Shown here piece by piece: positions 11,282-24,977 of a DNA stretch of 64,000 nt. The notes below the pieces were generated by a model. The model was not told where the DNA came from, did no database searches, and saw only the letters and a program-made list of their open reading frames with translations. The DNA is from Cyanophora paradoxa CCMP329 (Eukaryota; Plantae; Glaucophyta): assembly GCA_004431415.1 (NCBI GenBank), contig QPMI01000010.1, positions 372,001-436,000 on the forward strand, given 5' to 3'. A program made the translations under genes and the position numbers. Position 1 is the first letter of the stretch; each line of letters opens with the position of its first letter.

Positions 11282-14200
11282 ATGCATGCCATATGCATGA
11301 TGCACCAGCTAGCGGGTGCACGTGCACGTGCAGCGGCGGTTAACGTTCCAGTCGGTCTCCTTCTAACGTGCTTCTGTGCGTTCACGCGTACGAGATCGAT
11401 ATCGATCGGCCGCACGTGCACGTGCACGACCGTCGCGCCGTGCGCAAGCGCATTGACTCCGGCCGGCGCAGACCTAGGCCTTCAGCTTGCAATTGCACAG
11501 GCACAGGCACAGCTCACAACGCCCCCGGGCAGCCCGGACTCTCTCCTAGCAGGCGCGAGCGCGTTCTGTGTCGGCGAGCGGTACGACACGACCCTCCCCA
11601 CCCGAACCTCGACGGATGGTTCGCCCCCCCGGCCCTCCCCCACCGGCCCCTCCCCCCCCCTTCCCCCCACGGCCCCCTCCCCCCCCCCCTCCCGCCCCCC
11701 CCTCCGCGCCCGCTGCCCGCTCAGTGTCGGTCGCAGGCCAGGGAACGAACGCACGGTTTACCGGAGTTCGCAGTGAGCCCGGCTTCCCTCTTTTCCTCGG
11801 CCCCCTGCTCCGGGTCTCTTACAGCCGTTGTTCGCAGGTATCCACTACAATAACTACGACGGTAGCTCCTTTCCCGGTGCAGCCTCCGCGGCCGATGCTT
11901 GCCAGACGCCCCACGCGCCCTCAGGGTATCTGTATGCCGGGGTTCGAAACGGCATCTTCCGCATCGACTCGACGTGCCCTGTACCCCTCCCGCCCCGCTG
12001 TACCCCCTCGAAGGGCTCGCGCCCGCGCAGGTGCACGGCGACGCTTATCGTTGGATCCTACGCGGGCGTCAGTCTGAGCGGATCCGGCGGTGAGATCCGA
12101 CCGCCCCGGCCCGTACCCCCATCACGAAGCTGCGAACTCCCCCCTGATCCCCGCAGTCTTCGGCGTGGATGGGCTGGGCACCCTCGCCACGTTCGGGTAC
12201 CCCCTTTTCTTTTTTCTCGCGGAGAAGTACCCTGAAGATGATGTAGTCCGCCTACCCCGTCAGGGACGTCTACGCACTGGCCGCCGCCCCTGGTACCCCC
12301 CTCACCCCTTTCCCCGAGCACCCCCTCTCTCTCTATCATCTCGCCCTCCGCTTTGATCCCGGTACCCCAGGGAACGTGCTGTACGCTGTGGACAGGGGCT
12401 CTACCCAGTCGGCGATCCGGCGGGTAGACCTGAGTAGTCTGGTCGTCTCGACCGTGCTGCTCCAGCCCACCAGGCGAGCCGCAGTCCGCATTATCTCCCC
12501 CACATCGTACCCCTCCGAACGCCCTCCACAGCATGCAGACGCTAGCGTACTCCCCCTTGGACGGGCGCCTGTACTGGGCGCTGGCGGTCTTCTCGGGGGG
12601 TGCGAGGGGCAACGTGACGTCCTGCCTCCCCGACGGTCCGTTCCCGTATCCCCCCCTCCCGCTTCTTACCAGGCTCACCTGATTCTCTGGCGATCGGCGC
12701 AGGGACCGACGTGAGGGTCGCGGCGCTCATTCCACCCAGCATGATCCCAGCGGTGGGTAGCGGCGTCTCCGCGGATGACGCCGTACCCGTCCTCTACGTC
12801 TCTGCCTCCTCGGGCACATCCGGATCGCTGTACAAGGTGCGGGGGTACCGGAGGCTCAGAGAAGGGGTACGCTTGACCGTCGGCCAGATCGATGTTAGCG
12901 ACCAAACTCTGTGGCCCGTGGAGGCCGCGACGTTAGCCGCGTTCACGGGTACCACTTTTGGTCTCCAGGGCGCCGCCCCGTTCTCTTCCCCCGGGTACGC
13001 AAGTTCCGTACCCCGGCCCTCTCTTGGGACGCTCACAATCAGACGCCCGCTTTCAATTTAAGCCTGTTCCGCCTGCATGTTCCAATTAATATAAGCTCAA
13101 ACTTACGCTTCAGCTTTAAGCTTTTCAATTAAGCTTTAATTTCAACGCAGACTGTTCCGCCTCTTCTTCCAGGCGTGGGGTCCCACTTCGTCCATCCTGG
13201 CCGTCGATTCGGCGGGAGTACTGGTCAGCGGCGAGGAAATCGCCCCTCCCCCAATGTAATACCCCCCTGCCTTCACCCCGCCCTGTACGTACCCCCGATC
13301 GCCTCTCATCCGCGTAGCCCGGCGGGTGGGGTCGCTTCGCCGTTCCGAGAGGCTATTTACGGAATCTCTCCCGTCCGGAACCGACCCGACATCGTCTTCT
13401 ACGCCTCCTGGGACCAGGTTCGATTCCCGGATGCGCCGCTTCGCTCTCCGGGGGTGAGAATTACCGTACCCCCGCAGTACCGGATTTACGTGCACAAGGC
13501 CCTCGCCACGCCCCCTCCGACCCCCAGTCCGTCCCCCTCGAGTTCTCCCTCCCCCAGCCCCTCTCTCTTGGCGACTCCCAGCCCCCCGCCATCGCCGATC
13601 GCGACCCCTGCCCCCGGAACCTCCCTTCTCGACCTGGCCTCGGTATCCCCCCTCGCCGGCGCCGCCGCGAACGGATCGGTCATCCTTCCCGTACCCTTCG
13701 TCGCCCTCGGCGTGTCCCCCTCAATCGGTCCGAACCCGTACCCCCTCCTTCCCCCCCCTCAGCCCCTCATGATCATACCCCTACCCCCCGCAGCCTCCGC
13801 CCCCGCCGGCCAGTACGTCTTCACATGGTCTCAGGACGCCGGGGCGCCTGTACCCCCCTCCGCCCTCTCCGGCGCCTCTACCCCCGTCCTGAACGTCTCC
13901 GGCGAGGCCCTCGCACCAGGGGGCTACACCTTTACCCTGACGGTTTTCGAGCCGGCCGCGGGGCGCGCCCGCTCCTTCCCCTCCGCCCTTTCAGTGTCCA
14001 TCGCGCCCAGTGCGTTGTACCCCCGCCCCCCTCCCTTTCCTCCCCGTTCTCCCCACGCTCCAACGCTCATGATTCTTTTGCAGTACCCCTGCGGATCCCG
14101 AACGGCGCCGTCGTCACCATCTCCCTCTCGGTCAACGTCGACGTGGACGTGGGCGTTGGAGTGGCCGCTGCGGGGGCGGCCGCTTCTGCTTCGCCTTCGA

Positions 14201-17200
14201 CGCCGGCGCTGCGCCCCGGGCAGACCGTCCCCTTCGAGATCGCGGGGCTGCCCGACCTCTCCCCCTACAGCGCCGTCGCGCCCTTCGTCTTCCGGTTCGA
14301 TTCCCGGCAGATCTCAGACCCCTTCATCCTTCACTTTTCATGTCATCAGTCGACGTCTTTCTTACGCACATGCACTCGCTCAGATACACCGCCGGACTCT
14401 ACCGCGCCTCGTCCAACTCTTACGTCGCGGTCCGTCTTCTCGCTATCGATATCATTCGTACCCCGAGCTCTCTTCTCCCCCTGAAGGCCCCTGGCCCCTC
14501 AGAACGTGACGGTCCTCGCTGGGACGCTGCCCCGGAACGGGCGGGCGGGCCTCGTGCTCCCGGGCGCCTCCGCCGTCCCGCAGACCGACGACCTCTTCTA
14601 CATACGCCTAGAGGTGAGCACGACATCGCAGCGCTCAATTATAAGCTCGCTTCGCGATCGGGAGCCGATGGACGGCCGGGCGGGTCGCTGACGCGCGCGG
14701 TCCGCGCCGCAGCTGCGGGGGAGGGACGACGTCGTCTCCGTCCTCCTCGCTCGAGCCCGGAGCCGCCGCTCCGCCCTGCAGCTGCAGGCCCCCGCGGTCC
14801 GCCTCATTCTTCTCTAAATATATATATGTATCCGATGCTTCTTCTCGACTGAAAGAGCGGGCGGGCCGCGTGCGCAGCCCGCCGGCTTCGCCTCCGTGAT
14901 CGCGTCGGGCCAGAGCGGCCGGTTCCGCCTCCTCACCTTCAAGGGCGGTGAGTCGGCCAGCCTCTTTTCCATCGAGTCGTGATCACTCAGTGAGCCTTCG
15001 ACATCGCTGATCGCGGGCCTCGCGCCGCTCCTCCTCCCCCTACCCCCTTCCCCCTCCGCCCCCCCCCCCCCCCCCCCTCCGGATCCGTTCGCCCCTCGCG
15101 AATCCGAAGACTCGACCCGCGCCGAGCAGGCTGGGCTCAGCATCACTATCTTCAGCGGTGCGTCGTCAGCGCCCTCTCCGCCTCGCTCGTGCTGGAGATC
15201 TAGGTCTAGAGCCCAGGCCTTTCTTTTTCGTCGCAGCGGTCTCCGTGGGCCTCTCCGTCCTCGCGGACGCGGCGACGGCCCTCGCCGGCGCCGGCGTCGG
15301 CCCCTTTGGGTTCGGCCCCGGGTACGGTTTCGGCGCGGGCGCGGGCGCGGCGGGCGCGGCGGGAGCGGCCTCGGGATCGGGATCGGGGGCCCTAGGCCTA
15401 GGCCTAGGCGCAGGCCTGGGCCCCGGGGCCGGATCGGCGGCCGCGGCCGCCGTCGCCTCTTGCGCGCTCGTCCTCCCCAGGGCGAGCCCCCCTTTCTCCC
15501 GCCTCGCCCGTGATTCGAACTGAAGCTTCTCGGAACTTCGGAGCAGTTTGGGGTCGGCGCCCGTCTCGCCGTCAGCAGCGCCCAGTTCACCTGTGAGCCC
15601 CACCCCTGCGCCTTCCACCCCCCCCTTTGCGTTGTTCTTAATTGGATCTTACCCCGCCTTTGCGTTGTTCTTAATTTGATCTCGCCCGCGCAGACTTCTC
15701 GGCGTTCTACGGGGGCCAGCGGACGGCGTACGGCAACATGTCCGCCTCCCTCGAGTGGGCTAATCTCTACTTCCGCCGTGCGCCGCGACCCGAACATTAA
15801 AGCTATAGCCCAAATAGTTTTTAATGAAACTTTCTTAGGAGCCCTAACGATCCGAAACGAGGCTCTGCGCCGGCCTTCCTAGAAAACGTTCCTAGAAATA
15901 TTACAATTAATCCTATCTCACCTTTGACCCGTCCCGAATTCGGACCCACGCCCGCGCGCATGCGCAGTGCCGTGGGGCAGCAGCTGGGCGACGGGGCGCT
16001 CCCCCGTCCGGCGGCGAGCCGCACTCGAGCTCACCGAAATCAGGCGAGCCCCTTCAGAATCCCCCCCCCCCCCCCCCCCCCCCCCGCTGTTTTCTTCATC
16101 TGACTCGAATTCGACCGGTACCCCGCAGCTCGAGGGAGGGGGCGGACTCGCCGAGCGAGCGCTTCAAGGAGAGCGCCTTCTGGAGCGGCGTCGCCCTCGC
16201 CGGGGTACGTGCGCGCGACTCGCGCGATTTAAAATTAGAATGAGATACGGGCCTCGCACTGCGGCACTTGCCGCCGTCCACACGGCCCTCCCTCTCTCTC
16301 TCTTCTTCCTGCGGATTCCCGCCCTCGATCTAAAGTCTAAAGTCTAGGTCAGCGGCCTCGCCCTCGCCGGGGTCCGCGCGGCTTGAGCTCGCGAGATTCA
16401 AAATTTAAATAATATGCGGGCAGCGCGGCCCCTTCAATAAATTTAAATCGTGATATCGATCAATCTGGATCCGCCCTTTTGATGGATCAGCCCACCCCCT
16501 TCCCCCCCCCCGCCCCCCTTCCCCCCCCCCCTTGGCGCCCCTTCCGAAACCCCGCCTCCTCCCTCCGCGCCGGCCTCTGACTGGCCCGGCCCGGCAGGCG
16601 GCGGTGCTGCAGCTGGGGGGGTACGCGCTGTGGGACTGGAGCGGCCTCGCCCCCCGGCTGCCCCTCGTCGGCAAGAAGGTGCCGCCCGCCGACGCCGCAG
16701 ACTATAGCTACAATCTACACACAGCTTCAAGCTTATAGTTATAATAATCTATTATAGTCTATAGCTACAATCTATCTATCGGCCCCCGTAATCGTCGGTC
16801 TCAGGTCGAGGCGAAGCCGGTCGTGCTGCGGGCGCCCCGCCTGCAGGTCCTCGTCGCGAGCACCGCCCTCCAGGGTGATCCCCGCCCGGGGCGGGAGGGG
16901 GCGGGGCGGGGCGGGGCGGAAGTATAAGGGGCCTAGGGCTCGAGATTTAGCGCAGGCTTATATATTCTCGGAGTCCCAACGTGCTGACATTCCCGCTCAC
17001 CGCGGGGGCCTGCAGGCTTCCTGGTGGCGGCGGTGGCGACGGCGTACCTGCGCGGCAACTCGTCCGACGCCGCCGCCGCCGCCTCGTGCGCCCCTCCCGC
17101 CGCTCCCCTCCTTATTATTGAACATAGATCTCAGATTGAACTTAGATCTCAGATCGTATCCATGCCAGTAGCTATAGGATCTAGATCTGGTCCAGTGAGA

Positions 17201-20200
17201 TTTGCGCCCCCGTCGACGTCCCTTCAAGGCTTGACTGATCATGAGTACAGCTGCCTGTGCTTCTATCACAGCAATATTTCCGATAATCGATTTACTCAAC
17301 TTCTTAGACTTGCTCTAGTCTACATTTACGATTTCTATAGTCTAGATCTAGACTTGCTTATCTTAACCTTAATTGCCGTCCGCACTTCGAATTCCACCCC
17401 TTCTGCCTAACCGGAAGCCGGAACTTCGGGAAGGGCCGCGGTGGGGGCGCTCGCGCTCGGCGGCATGATCGCCATCACGCAGTGCGCCTTCGAATTCACC
17501 TCTCATTCGAACTCGAACTCGAATTCGAATCCGAGTTCGAATTCCCGCAGCGTCCTCTTCATCGAGCGAGCGGTCGTCTTCGAGCGCATTCCGGTAATCA
17601 CAATCATGAGCTCGAATTTAATTCAATTTAATTCGAGCCTGGCGGGCGGGCTCCTAGGAGCCCTCCTTCTCGGAGCGAGTGCGGGAGGCGCTGGAGCGGC
17701 GCCGGCGCGCGGCGCCGCGATACGCGGCCGGGGCGCCGGCGCCGGCGTCCGCCCCGCACGCGTGGCGAGGGGCCAAGCTCATAGAGGAGCCAGCGACCTC
17801 AGACCGGCGCGGGGACCGAGATCGCAGCACGCTCTTCCCCACCGCCGCCGACTCGACGCGGTGCGCGCATGGCGTCAACGTTGACGCTGTTGCCGCTGCC
17901 AATCCAACATTAACGTTAACGCTCGCAGGGTCGTGGTGGCGGTCGACGACGTCGACGTCTACCCCTCCGCGCCGCCCGCCGTCCAGCACCGGTACCCCCG
18001 CGAGATCGAATCGGACGGGCCGAAGGGAACGCCCCCGCCCCCGCCCGGGCCCGGGCCGGACTGCCTGGACCGCGCCCGGGCCCACATCGTCGCGGCCTGG
18101 GGCTGGCTCTCCGCCGTCGAAGGCCGCTGGATGGTGCGCGCGGGAGACGAGCTTTGGGGCGTGATCGATTGCTAGCTCGGAGGATAAGTCGGAGGCAAAG
18201 GGGGGGGGGGGGGGGGGGGGGGGGGAAGGGGGGGGCCAGCTTTGAGCTTTGAGCTTTCTGGCTCTCCGCCGTCGAGGGGACCTGGATGGGCGCCGTCGGT
18301 CCGTGTCGGCGCGCGCCGCGCGCTCTCCGGGACGGCTAGAGGGGACACCGCCCGCCTCGGCGGGCACGCCTAGCGCTCTCCACTGCCCCTTCACCTTAAA
18401 TCTCGTCGAGGGTACCTGGATGGTGCGCGCGGGAAACGGGCTCGCGATCGATCGCTGCCGAACATCCGAAAATGCTTTCGAGACGCAAACCCTCCGCGCT
18501 CCACCTCCCATTCCCGGGCCCCTACCCCCGCCGCGCCACCCCATCCCCCTGCCCTCCCCTTCCTTCCCTTCGCTTCCGCTTCCACTTGTGCTTAGCTCTT
18601 GCTCGATCGTGAGCCTAGCGCAAAAGCTGACGCTGATGGCCGCCCACCCGGGCAGGTGAACGTTCCCCCTGAGCTGCGGGGCGAGCGGCGCCCTCCCTTC
18701 TTCTCCCGCCACACCTTCCACGTCGCGTTCTCCTCCCTCTTCGCCGAATACGTGAGCTCATCGATTCGAAGCTCAAGATACCTGAATAAAATAATTTATA
18801 ACGCCTTTCTGTGTATACACAGAGACACGGAGGCCTCGGGTTCCTGTTCGCATTCTGGGACAGCCTTCTCAAGAATGTCAGGCTTTTAATTTCGAATTCA
18901 ATCGGTCGCTCTAGCTGTAGAATGTATCTGACCAGACTGTGAATGTGGCTGCGCGCGCAGATATTCACCGCAATTGTCATAGGCGTCATGAGTGCGCATG
19001 CATGGGCCTGCGCTCCGGAAGCTCGGACCCGCCCCCTCGACCCGCACCGATCCGGCCCGCCCCGCGCGCAGCGTCCGAAGAGAGCGGGTCGGCCCTGGCG
19101 GCGGGCCAGGTTCTCCCCCCTTCTCTCTCGAACATTCCAGCCCTCCTATATATAAACTTTCCTAAGAAAATATCCTCTCGCGGGAATTTTTACCTAGAAA
19201 GGCCCTGGCGGCGGGCCAGGTTCTTAAGCTTCTCCCCCTTCTCTCTCGAATATCCCGACCCTCCCCGCCGCGCCCTTACGGCGCGCGCGCAGACGGCCGC
19301 GGCGCTGGCGATCATCGGCCTCGAGAACGCGTGGATCCTCCTCGGGCGGCCCCTTCGGTGCGCGAAATTAAAGGATCCAGCGGCCTTCGTTTAATTTGGA
19401 GGCCCTGGCCGGCGCCCGACCTGGCCTGATCTGGTGGGCGGGCGGGCCGGGGGGCAGGGAGCGTGGCAGCAACCTGGTGCTCTTCCTCCTGAACGCCGCC
19501 GACATCTCCATCATCGCCCTCCTCCGTCGCGTGCGTCCTCCCCCCCCCTCCCACCCCCCACCGCCCCCCCCGCCCCCCGCACCTCCTCCTCCTCCGTCTC
19601 TGGCGCCCTGGCGCCCTCCCCCCTTCTTCCCTCAAATAAGACATTTTGATTTGATTTCCCAATGCGACGTGGACGGACGCCCGCCTCCCCGCCCCCCCCC
19701 CCCCCCCCCCTCCCCCCCCTCTTGTGCAGGCGTCGCCTTCAATTTACTTTCAGTTCACTTTCAATTCACTATTATTCACGCTTCCTGCACAGGCGTCGCT
19801 GCTCTCGGCGGAGGAAGCTGAGGCCTCCAGCCTCGTCGACGCAGCCGTCGGTGCCGCCCGCCCACGCCCCTCCCCGCCCCGCCCCCGGCCCCCCGGGCCC
19901 TCCGCCTCCTCCTCCTCCTCCTCCCCGCCGCCGCCGCCGCCGCCTTAAGCTTGAATTTAAGGCTGGGCTTCTCTCTCTCTCTCCTGACCTCCCAGGCTGA
20001 CGTCGACCGCCCGGGGCGCCCCGGCAGCGGTGAACTTCGCAAAGAGCGCCTTCGTGCTCCTCGTGCAGCTTGTCGCCTCCTGGTCGACCCTCGCGGTCCG
20101 CGCGCCACTGCGTAATTAAAGTCGCCGCTGGGCTTCTAGGTTATAACTACTTCGCTTCGTTTCTGTATAGCCGCCACTATGTAATTAAATTCGTCACTGG

Positions 20201-20860
20201 GCTCCTAGTTTATGATTACTTTGCTTTGTTTCTGTAGCTGTAGAGTTTGGCTCTCATGATCATGCTTCTGTGCACGCGCAGGCTCTGTCCCGCAAGGCGG
20301 CGGTGCTCTTGCGGCTGCGGCGGCGGTCGACCTCCGAGTCCCGCCCTGAGCTCCGCGGGGCCGATCGCGATCTCGATCGCGAGGCGGCCGAGTGGGGACC
20401 GCGGAAGCGCGCCCCGATGTCGATATCGATGCCGCCACCGCTTGCTCTCGCTCACGATCGTGAGGATCTGCGATCCCGACCACGGCGCGGCTCGGCCTCT
20501 CAGCCTCAGCCTCTGGCGCCGGAGCGGCGAACTCGATCCTCGGCGGGCCCGAAGGCGCCGGCGGGCCCGCGGCCGGGCGGCGCGGCAGAGGATCCGAGGC
20601 CCGAGCCGAGCCCGAAGGGATTCGCGTCAGTCGCCGGCGCCGGCGCCGGCTCCGGCGCCGGTCGCGTGGGCGCGCGTGCGCCGTCTCCGGAGGTGGAGGA
20701 GGAGGCGGAGGCGCCCCGGCCCGCCCCGCCCTTCGGTTCCCCGGAGGAAGGCATAGGCCTAGGGAGGGCAGCGGTGGCGGAGCCTCCGGCCCCGCGCTGG
20801 GTGCGCGTGGTCGAGGACGGGTACGTCTCGAACATGGCCAGCCGCTTCTTCATCGTTTAA
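11282..20860 (+). CDS. Large secreted-ectodomain multi-pass membrane protein (NHL-like propeller, Pro/Ser stalk, PKD/REJ-like Ig domain, TRP_C/Flc-like TM region); many exons, start approximate
   Basis: NHL-like VFGVDGLGTLATFG and GNVLYAVDRGSTQSAIRRVDLSSLVVSTV. PSPSPS stalk at about 13510-13610. YVFTWSQ...LAPGGYTFTLTV. TM segments SAFWSGVALAG, FHVAFSSLFAEY, IFTAIVIGVM, AWILLGRPLR..ERGSNLVLFLLN. Last exon ends ...ASRFFIV*. Confidence 0.6.
20103..20236. repeat. Diverged 65-bp tandem duplication (period 69)
   Basis: 20103-20167 versus 20172-20236: 11 differences, 9 of them transitions. Confidence 0.9.
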
Positions 20861-21356
20861 CTTGTGTATATAATTAAATATTAGCAGTCACTCCAGCTGC
20901 GCATGTCGCGATTTAAGAAGGGGGTTTTGCCCCAACGTATACGTAGTCTTTCATCGATTCGAATTTCAAGTTATTCCGGCGCTCAGGCGGACAGGGGCTC
21001 GTTAAACAATCGTATGTAATTCAAGCATGTGATTACGAAATTGCCGGCGTATACGTATACGTAGATCGATATCGATATGTAAGGATACTAAGCATAGCTT
21101 GATCCGGGATCCGGATCCAACTGAATTCAGCCATAGGCGCCGGCCCCCGAATTAACACGTGCATTAAATATCAATACTCAATTTCTGACCACTGCACATG
21201 CCGATCCAAGAGCGGACGAACTCTTGGAGGCGGCGCTGCCAGTGCCGCCGTGCAGAAATTGTTGATTATAAGCCAGCGTTAACGTTCTATTATTATATAT
21301 ATATATAATGCCATCATTCTATCGTACATATGTTACGCAATTGTCAACAGAAGTAG

Positions 21357-21411
21357 GGCTGCAAAGTACTGAAATTTCCTTAGATTTAGGCTGCAAAGTA
21401 CTGAAATTTCC
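21357..21411. repeat. 23-bp direct repeat GGCTGCAAAGTACTGAAATTTCC x2
   Basis: Exact copies at 21357-21379 and 21389-21411. Confidence 0.9.
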
Positions 21412-21435
21412 GTAATTACAGAGATGCACATTATT

Positions 21436-24400
21436 TTAGGCGTTGTGCCCGAGCTCCCCGAGGCGAGCCTCGAGCCGCTCCTTCTCCGCCCGCAAGTCGA
21501 AGTAGGCGCGCTTGACGTTCTCGTACTTCTCCAGGGGGACCTGCGCGCGCGCGCGGCCGCCGATCACGAGCGGCCGCGGCGAGCTCGATGGTAATTTCTA
21601 TCGTGCTTGAATATAATAACTAGATCTAGATTCGCAAGCGCGCGAGCTTGCAGTTGAGCACCGTGCTCTCCCTCTGTTGGCCCTGCGCCCCGAGGAGCTG
21701 CATCTTTGCAGACGGGAAGGTGGGTCCGACGTTCATGATCAGCATTCATGATCATGCCATGATGATCCGAGCGCTCCCGTATATATATATACACACAATT
21801 ATAATTTTCTGGTCGCGCGCACCTGCAAGTCCAGTTCGTTTGCGCGCTGGCGCGCGGCGGCGGCCTCCTGCTCCGCCTGCCGCGGCCGAGAGGGTCAGGC
21901 GCGCGGGAGCCAAACATAAGAATTGTTTTCGAGCGTATTTTGGAGCGTATTTTCGCGCCGATCGCGAGCGCTTGCCACACAGAGCGGAGCCTTAGCGGAG
22001 CCTCTCCGAGGCTCCGGCATGCGCGCACCTCCCCGAGCCCCTCGGCCATTTGGGCTCCGCTCCGCTGCTTATAAAACCTTATAGGCCTTATAAGCCTTAT
22101 ATGCCTTATAAGCCTGCTTACAAAGTGCTCGCGCTCCCCCTAGGCTTCAACCCCAGGGGCGGGGCGGGGCGGTAGCGGCGGCGCGCACCTCCCCGAGCCG
22201 CTCGGCCATCTGGGCGACCACGGTCCCCGCCTCGAGCAGGAGACCCGCCTCCGCCTCCCGCCGCGTCGCTCCGGTTCCCGCGCCGGCTTCGTGTACGGCC
22301 CCCTCGACCTAGGTCGCACGCACGCGGGTCAGCCGCGACTATACATTATAAATCACGGTCTCAAATAAATCTAGAACGCTAGCTATAGCGAATTCGAATT
22401 CGAAACCGAATTTATAACCGCAGCTGGCAGGGCTGGCGGGGTGTAATCGAAAATTTGGCACCGCGAGTTTCAGCGCCTGCAGATTTAGAGCGCGCATGTG
22501 ATTAAAGCCGGTCGCATCGTCTGATCCGCCCGCAAAACTGCGCGAAATAATGTCTAGATCTGAACGGTTTTGAATCAACGTGGAAAATGAACTTTAATTT
22601 CAACTCACGCTGCTGTGTCTGTCTGCACATGTCTCGGCCGCGGCCGCAACAGCGCCCTGGCCCGGTCGAGAAACGCCGCGAAAGCCTCCTGCAATTTTGC
22701 GCTGGCTGATTCCGACGTCGACGGCTGAGATTGCCACTGGCCATGATCACGAGTCCCGCGGAGGGGGCTGACGGCGCCGGCGCTGGTGCGCTGGTGCTGC
22801 TCCGCCGGCGCCGGCCAGCTGCAGGAGCCGCCGGCCAGAGGCCAGGAAGGGACGCTGACCGTGGCGTCGCGATCGGCCAGGAAGCTCAGCTCCGAGCTCG
22901 CGATCGCGACCGCGTCCGGTGGACTGGCCACGGGCCCGACCGATGAAGAGCCGCTGGCCATGGCCGTGGCCGTGGCCGTGGCCGTGGCCGTGGCCGTGGC
23001 GTCGGCCAGGAAGCTCAAGTCCCGATCGCCCTCGCCCTCGAGCTCGCGATCGCCCTCGACCGCGAGCTCGAGCTCGGCCTGCAGCTGCCGCCGCGGGTCG
23101 GGGGAGCTCGCGCGCGCCACCGGCGAGCCGAGCGGCGACGCCGGTGCAGACGTAGGGCCGACGTCGACGAGCCTCGTACCCCGCGGGCTCGAGCTCCGGC
23201 CGACTTCGCTGCTGCGGCCGCGGCTGCGCCGCGGGCGCTTGCGGCTGCGGCTGCGGCTGCGGCTGGCTTCGCGACGCGCCGCTTCCCTCTCGGGACTCTG
23301 CCCTCGCGATCGCGATCGGATGCGAGGCGCTTCGGCGCGCGGGCTGGGGCTCTGCCCGGGCGCCGGCCGCGGGCTCCGCTCGCGTTCGATATCGCGGCCT
23401 CCTGCTTTTCGCCACCTGCCGCGCCGCATTATCAGGCGCTTCGAATTCTAATCATCAGCGCCGTCTACGTATACAACGGCCGGGCGTACTCTTCCTCCAC
23501 GCGAATCAGGCACTGGCGCGCGTCGCCGCTGAACCTGTACCAGGGGTCCTTCTGCAACGCATGCAAGAGCCGTTGGAGACCCGCGGCGGTCCGGTGATCG
23601 AGCATGATCATAAGCGCGGGGCGGACCTTTTCGTCGTACTCCCGCGTCATGCCTCGGCAGCGGTCCCCGCACACGTTGATCGAAATAAATCTGTCCTGTA
23701 CACGGATCGGGTGGGCAATCGTCATGATCAGCGGACGCCGACGTTGCGACAGCAAATCAAAGCGGCAGTGCTAGTACTAGTGGCCATTCGAGCACAGAAT
23801 TCGAAGAAATTCGAAATTAAATTAAAGAAGCAATTGCAAGAAGCACCCGGATCAGCTGGGCGGCGTCTTCTGCACGGCGGAAGAGGGCGACAGCCGCCCA
23901 ATGGACGTCGGCCGACGTCGACGTCCCCGCGAGCGCTAGCTGTCCCAATTGCAAGACCATTGCTTCGACAGCCTCGAGCGGGCCGTACCTGCGGGGCGGC
24001 CTCGCGATCGGTCGATTTATCATAGCATATAGAAGAGATTCGAAAATCGAATCTAGAGGATCGGAATCCGATCGCGAAAAGGAAGCTGAAGAGAAACGCG
24101 CGCCGCACCTCCTGCAGGCGAGTGCGATTTCGTGGCGGGACGGCCCAAGTGCGGCTTTCGCACTCGATCGCGAGTGCGGCAGCTCTTCGAGCCAAACCAG
24201 CCGCTTGCGAAAATCGACGTCGACGCGGTTCTCGGGGGCCCCGTGACCAAGAGCAGCAGCAGCCAAAGGCGCCGATATCGAATTCGAAGGCAGCGGTAGT
24301 TGGACACCCGAGCGGTCTCGAGGCCGGAAGGTGGCCTAATTAATCGCGAGCCGAGAGTGGGTCATGATCATGATCAGCTTGCGACTGAACATTGATCCCC

Positions 24401-24977
24401 AACACGGAACGAACGCACAAGTGTACGGGTGTCGCGCGCCGGGCGCGCTGTCGCTGTAAATACAGAAAAGCCGATCCGAAAGGAGATGTGTCGAGTGCCA
24501 TGCGGCCTGCGCATACAATCAATAAAACGGCACAGGCCTAGGCGCGGCTAATTAAAGATTCACGGTCCGAAAATATTAATAGATTTTTCCAATTCGGGAA
24601 GTTAAAGGTCGATCGATTCGGGAGCTGCATGCAGCTGTGCATACGCACCACGAGCGGCGCATAAGCACCATCGCGAAGGCCCCATTCCTCGCCATTTCGA
24701 CGCCCTCCACGTCACCGATGCTGGCGCATCAATTAAAACGTCGACGTTGATCATGAGGGCGCCCCGCAAGGGGCGCCTCGCAAGCTCGAGTGGCGCGCGC
24801 GGCACGGCGCATGCGCATGCGCATGCATGATATATATACGAACCCGGCGCGGCTCAGCGCGTCGAACAGCTCTCGCTCGGAGAAAAGCCCTGCGAAATCG
24901 AACCAGGAGCCGAGCCAGATGACGCGCTCCTCGCGCAGCCATACTTTCGCCCCAATTTCTGTGGACGCGCTGGACAT
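21436..24977 (-). CDS. Hypothetical protein with RS-rich disordered middle and C-terminal coiled coil (multi-exon, start uncertain)
   Basis: Exon-like pieces KVWLREERVIWLGSWFDF, RVDVDFRKRLVWLEELP, GLQRLLHALQKDPWYRF, RSRSRS-rich exon 22605-23429, last exon VPLEKYENVKRAYFDLRAEKERLEARLGELGHNA*. Confidence 0.45.
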
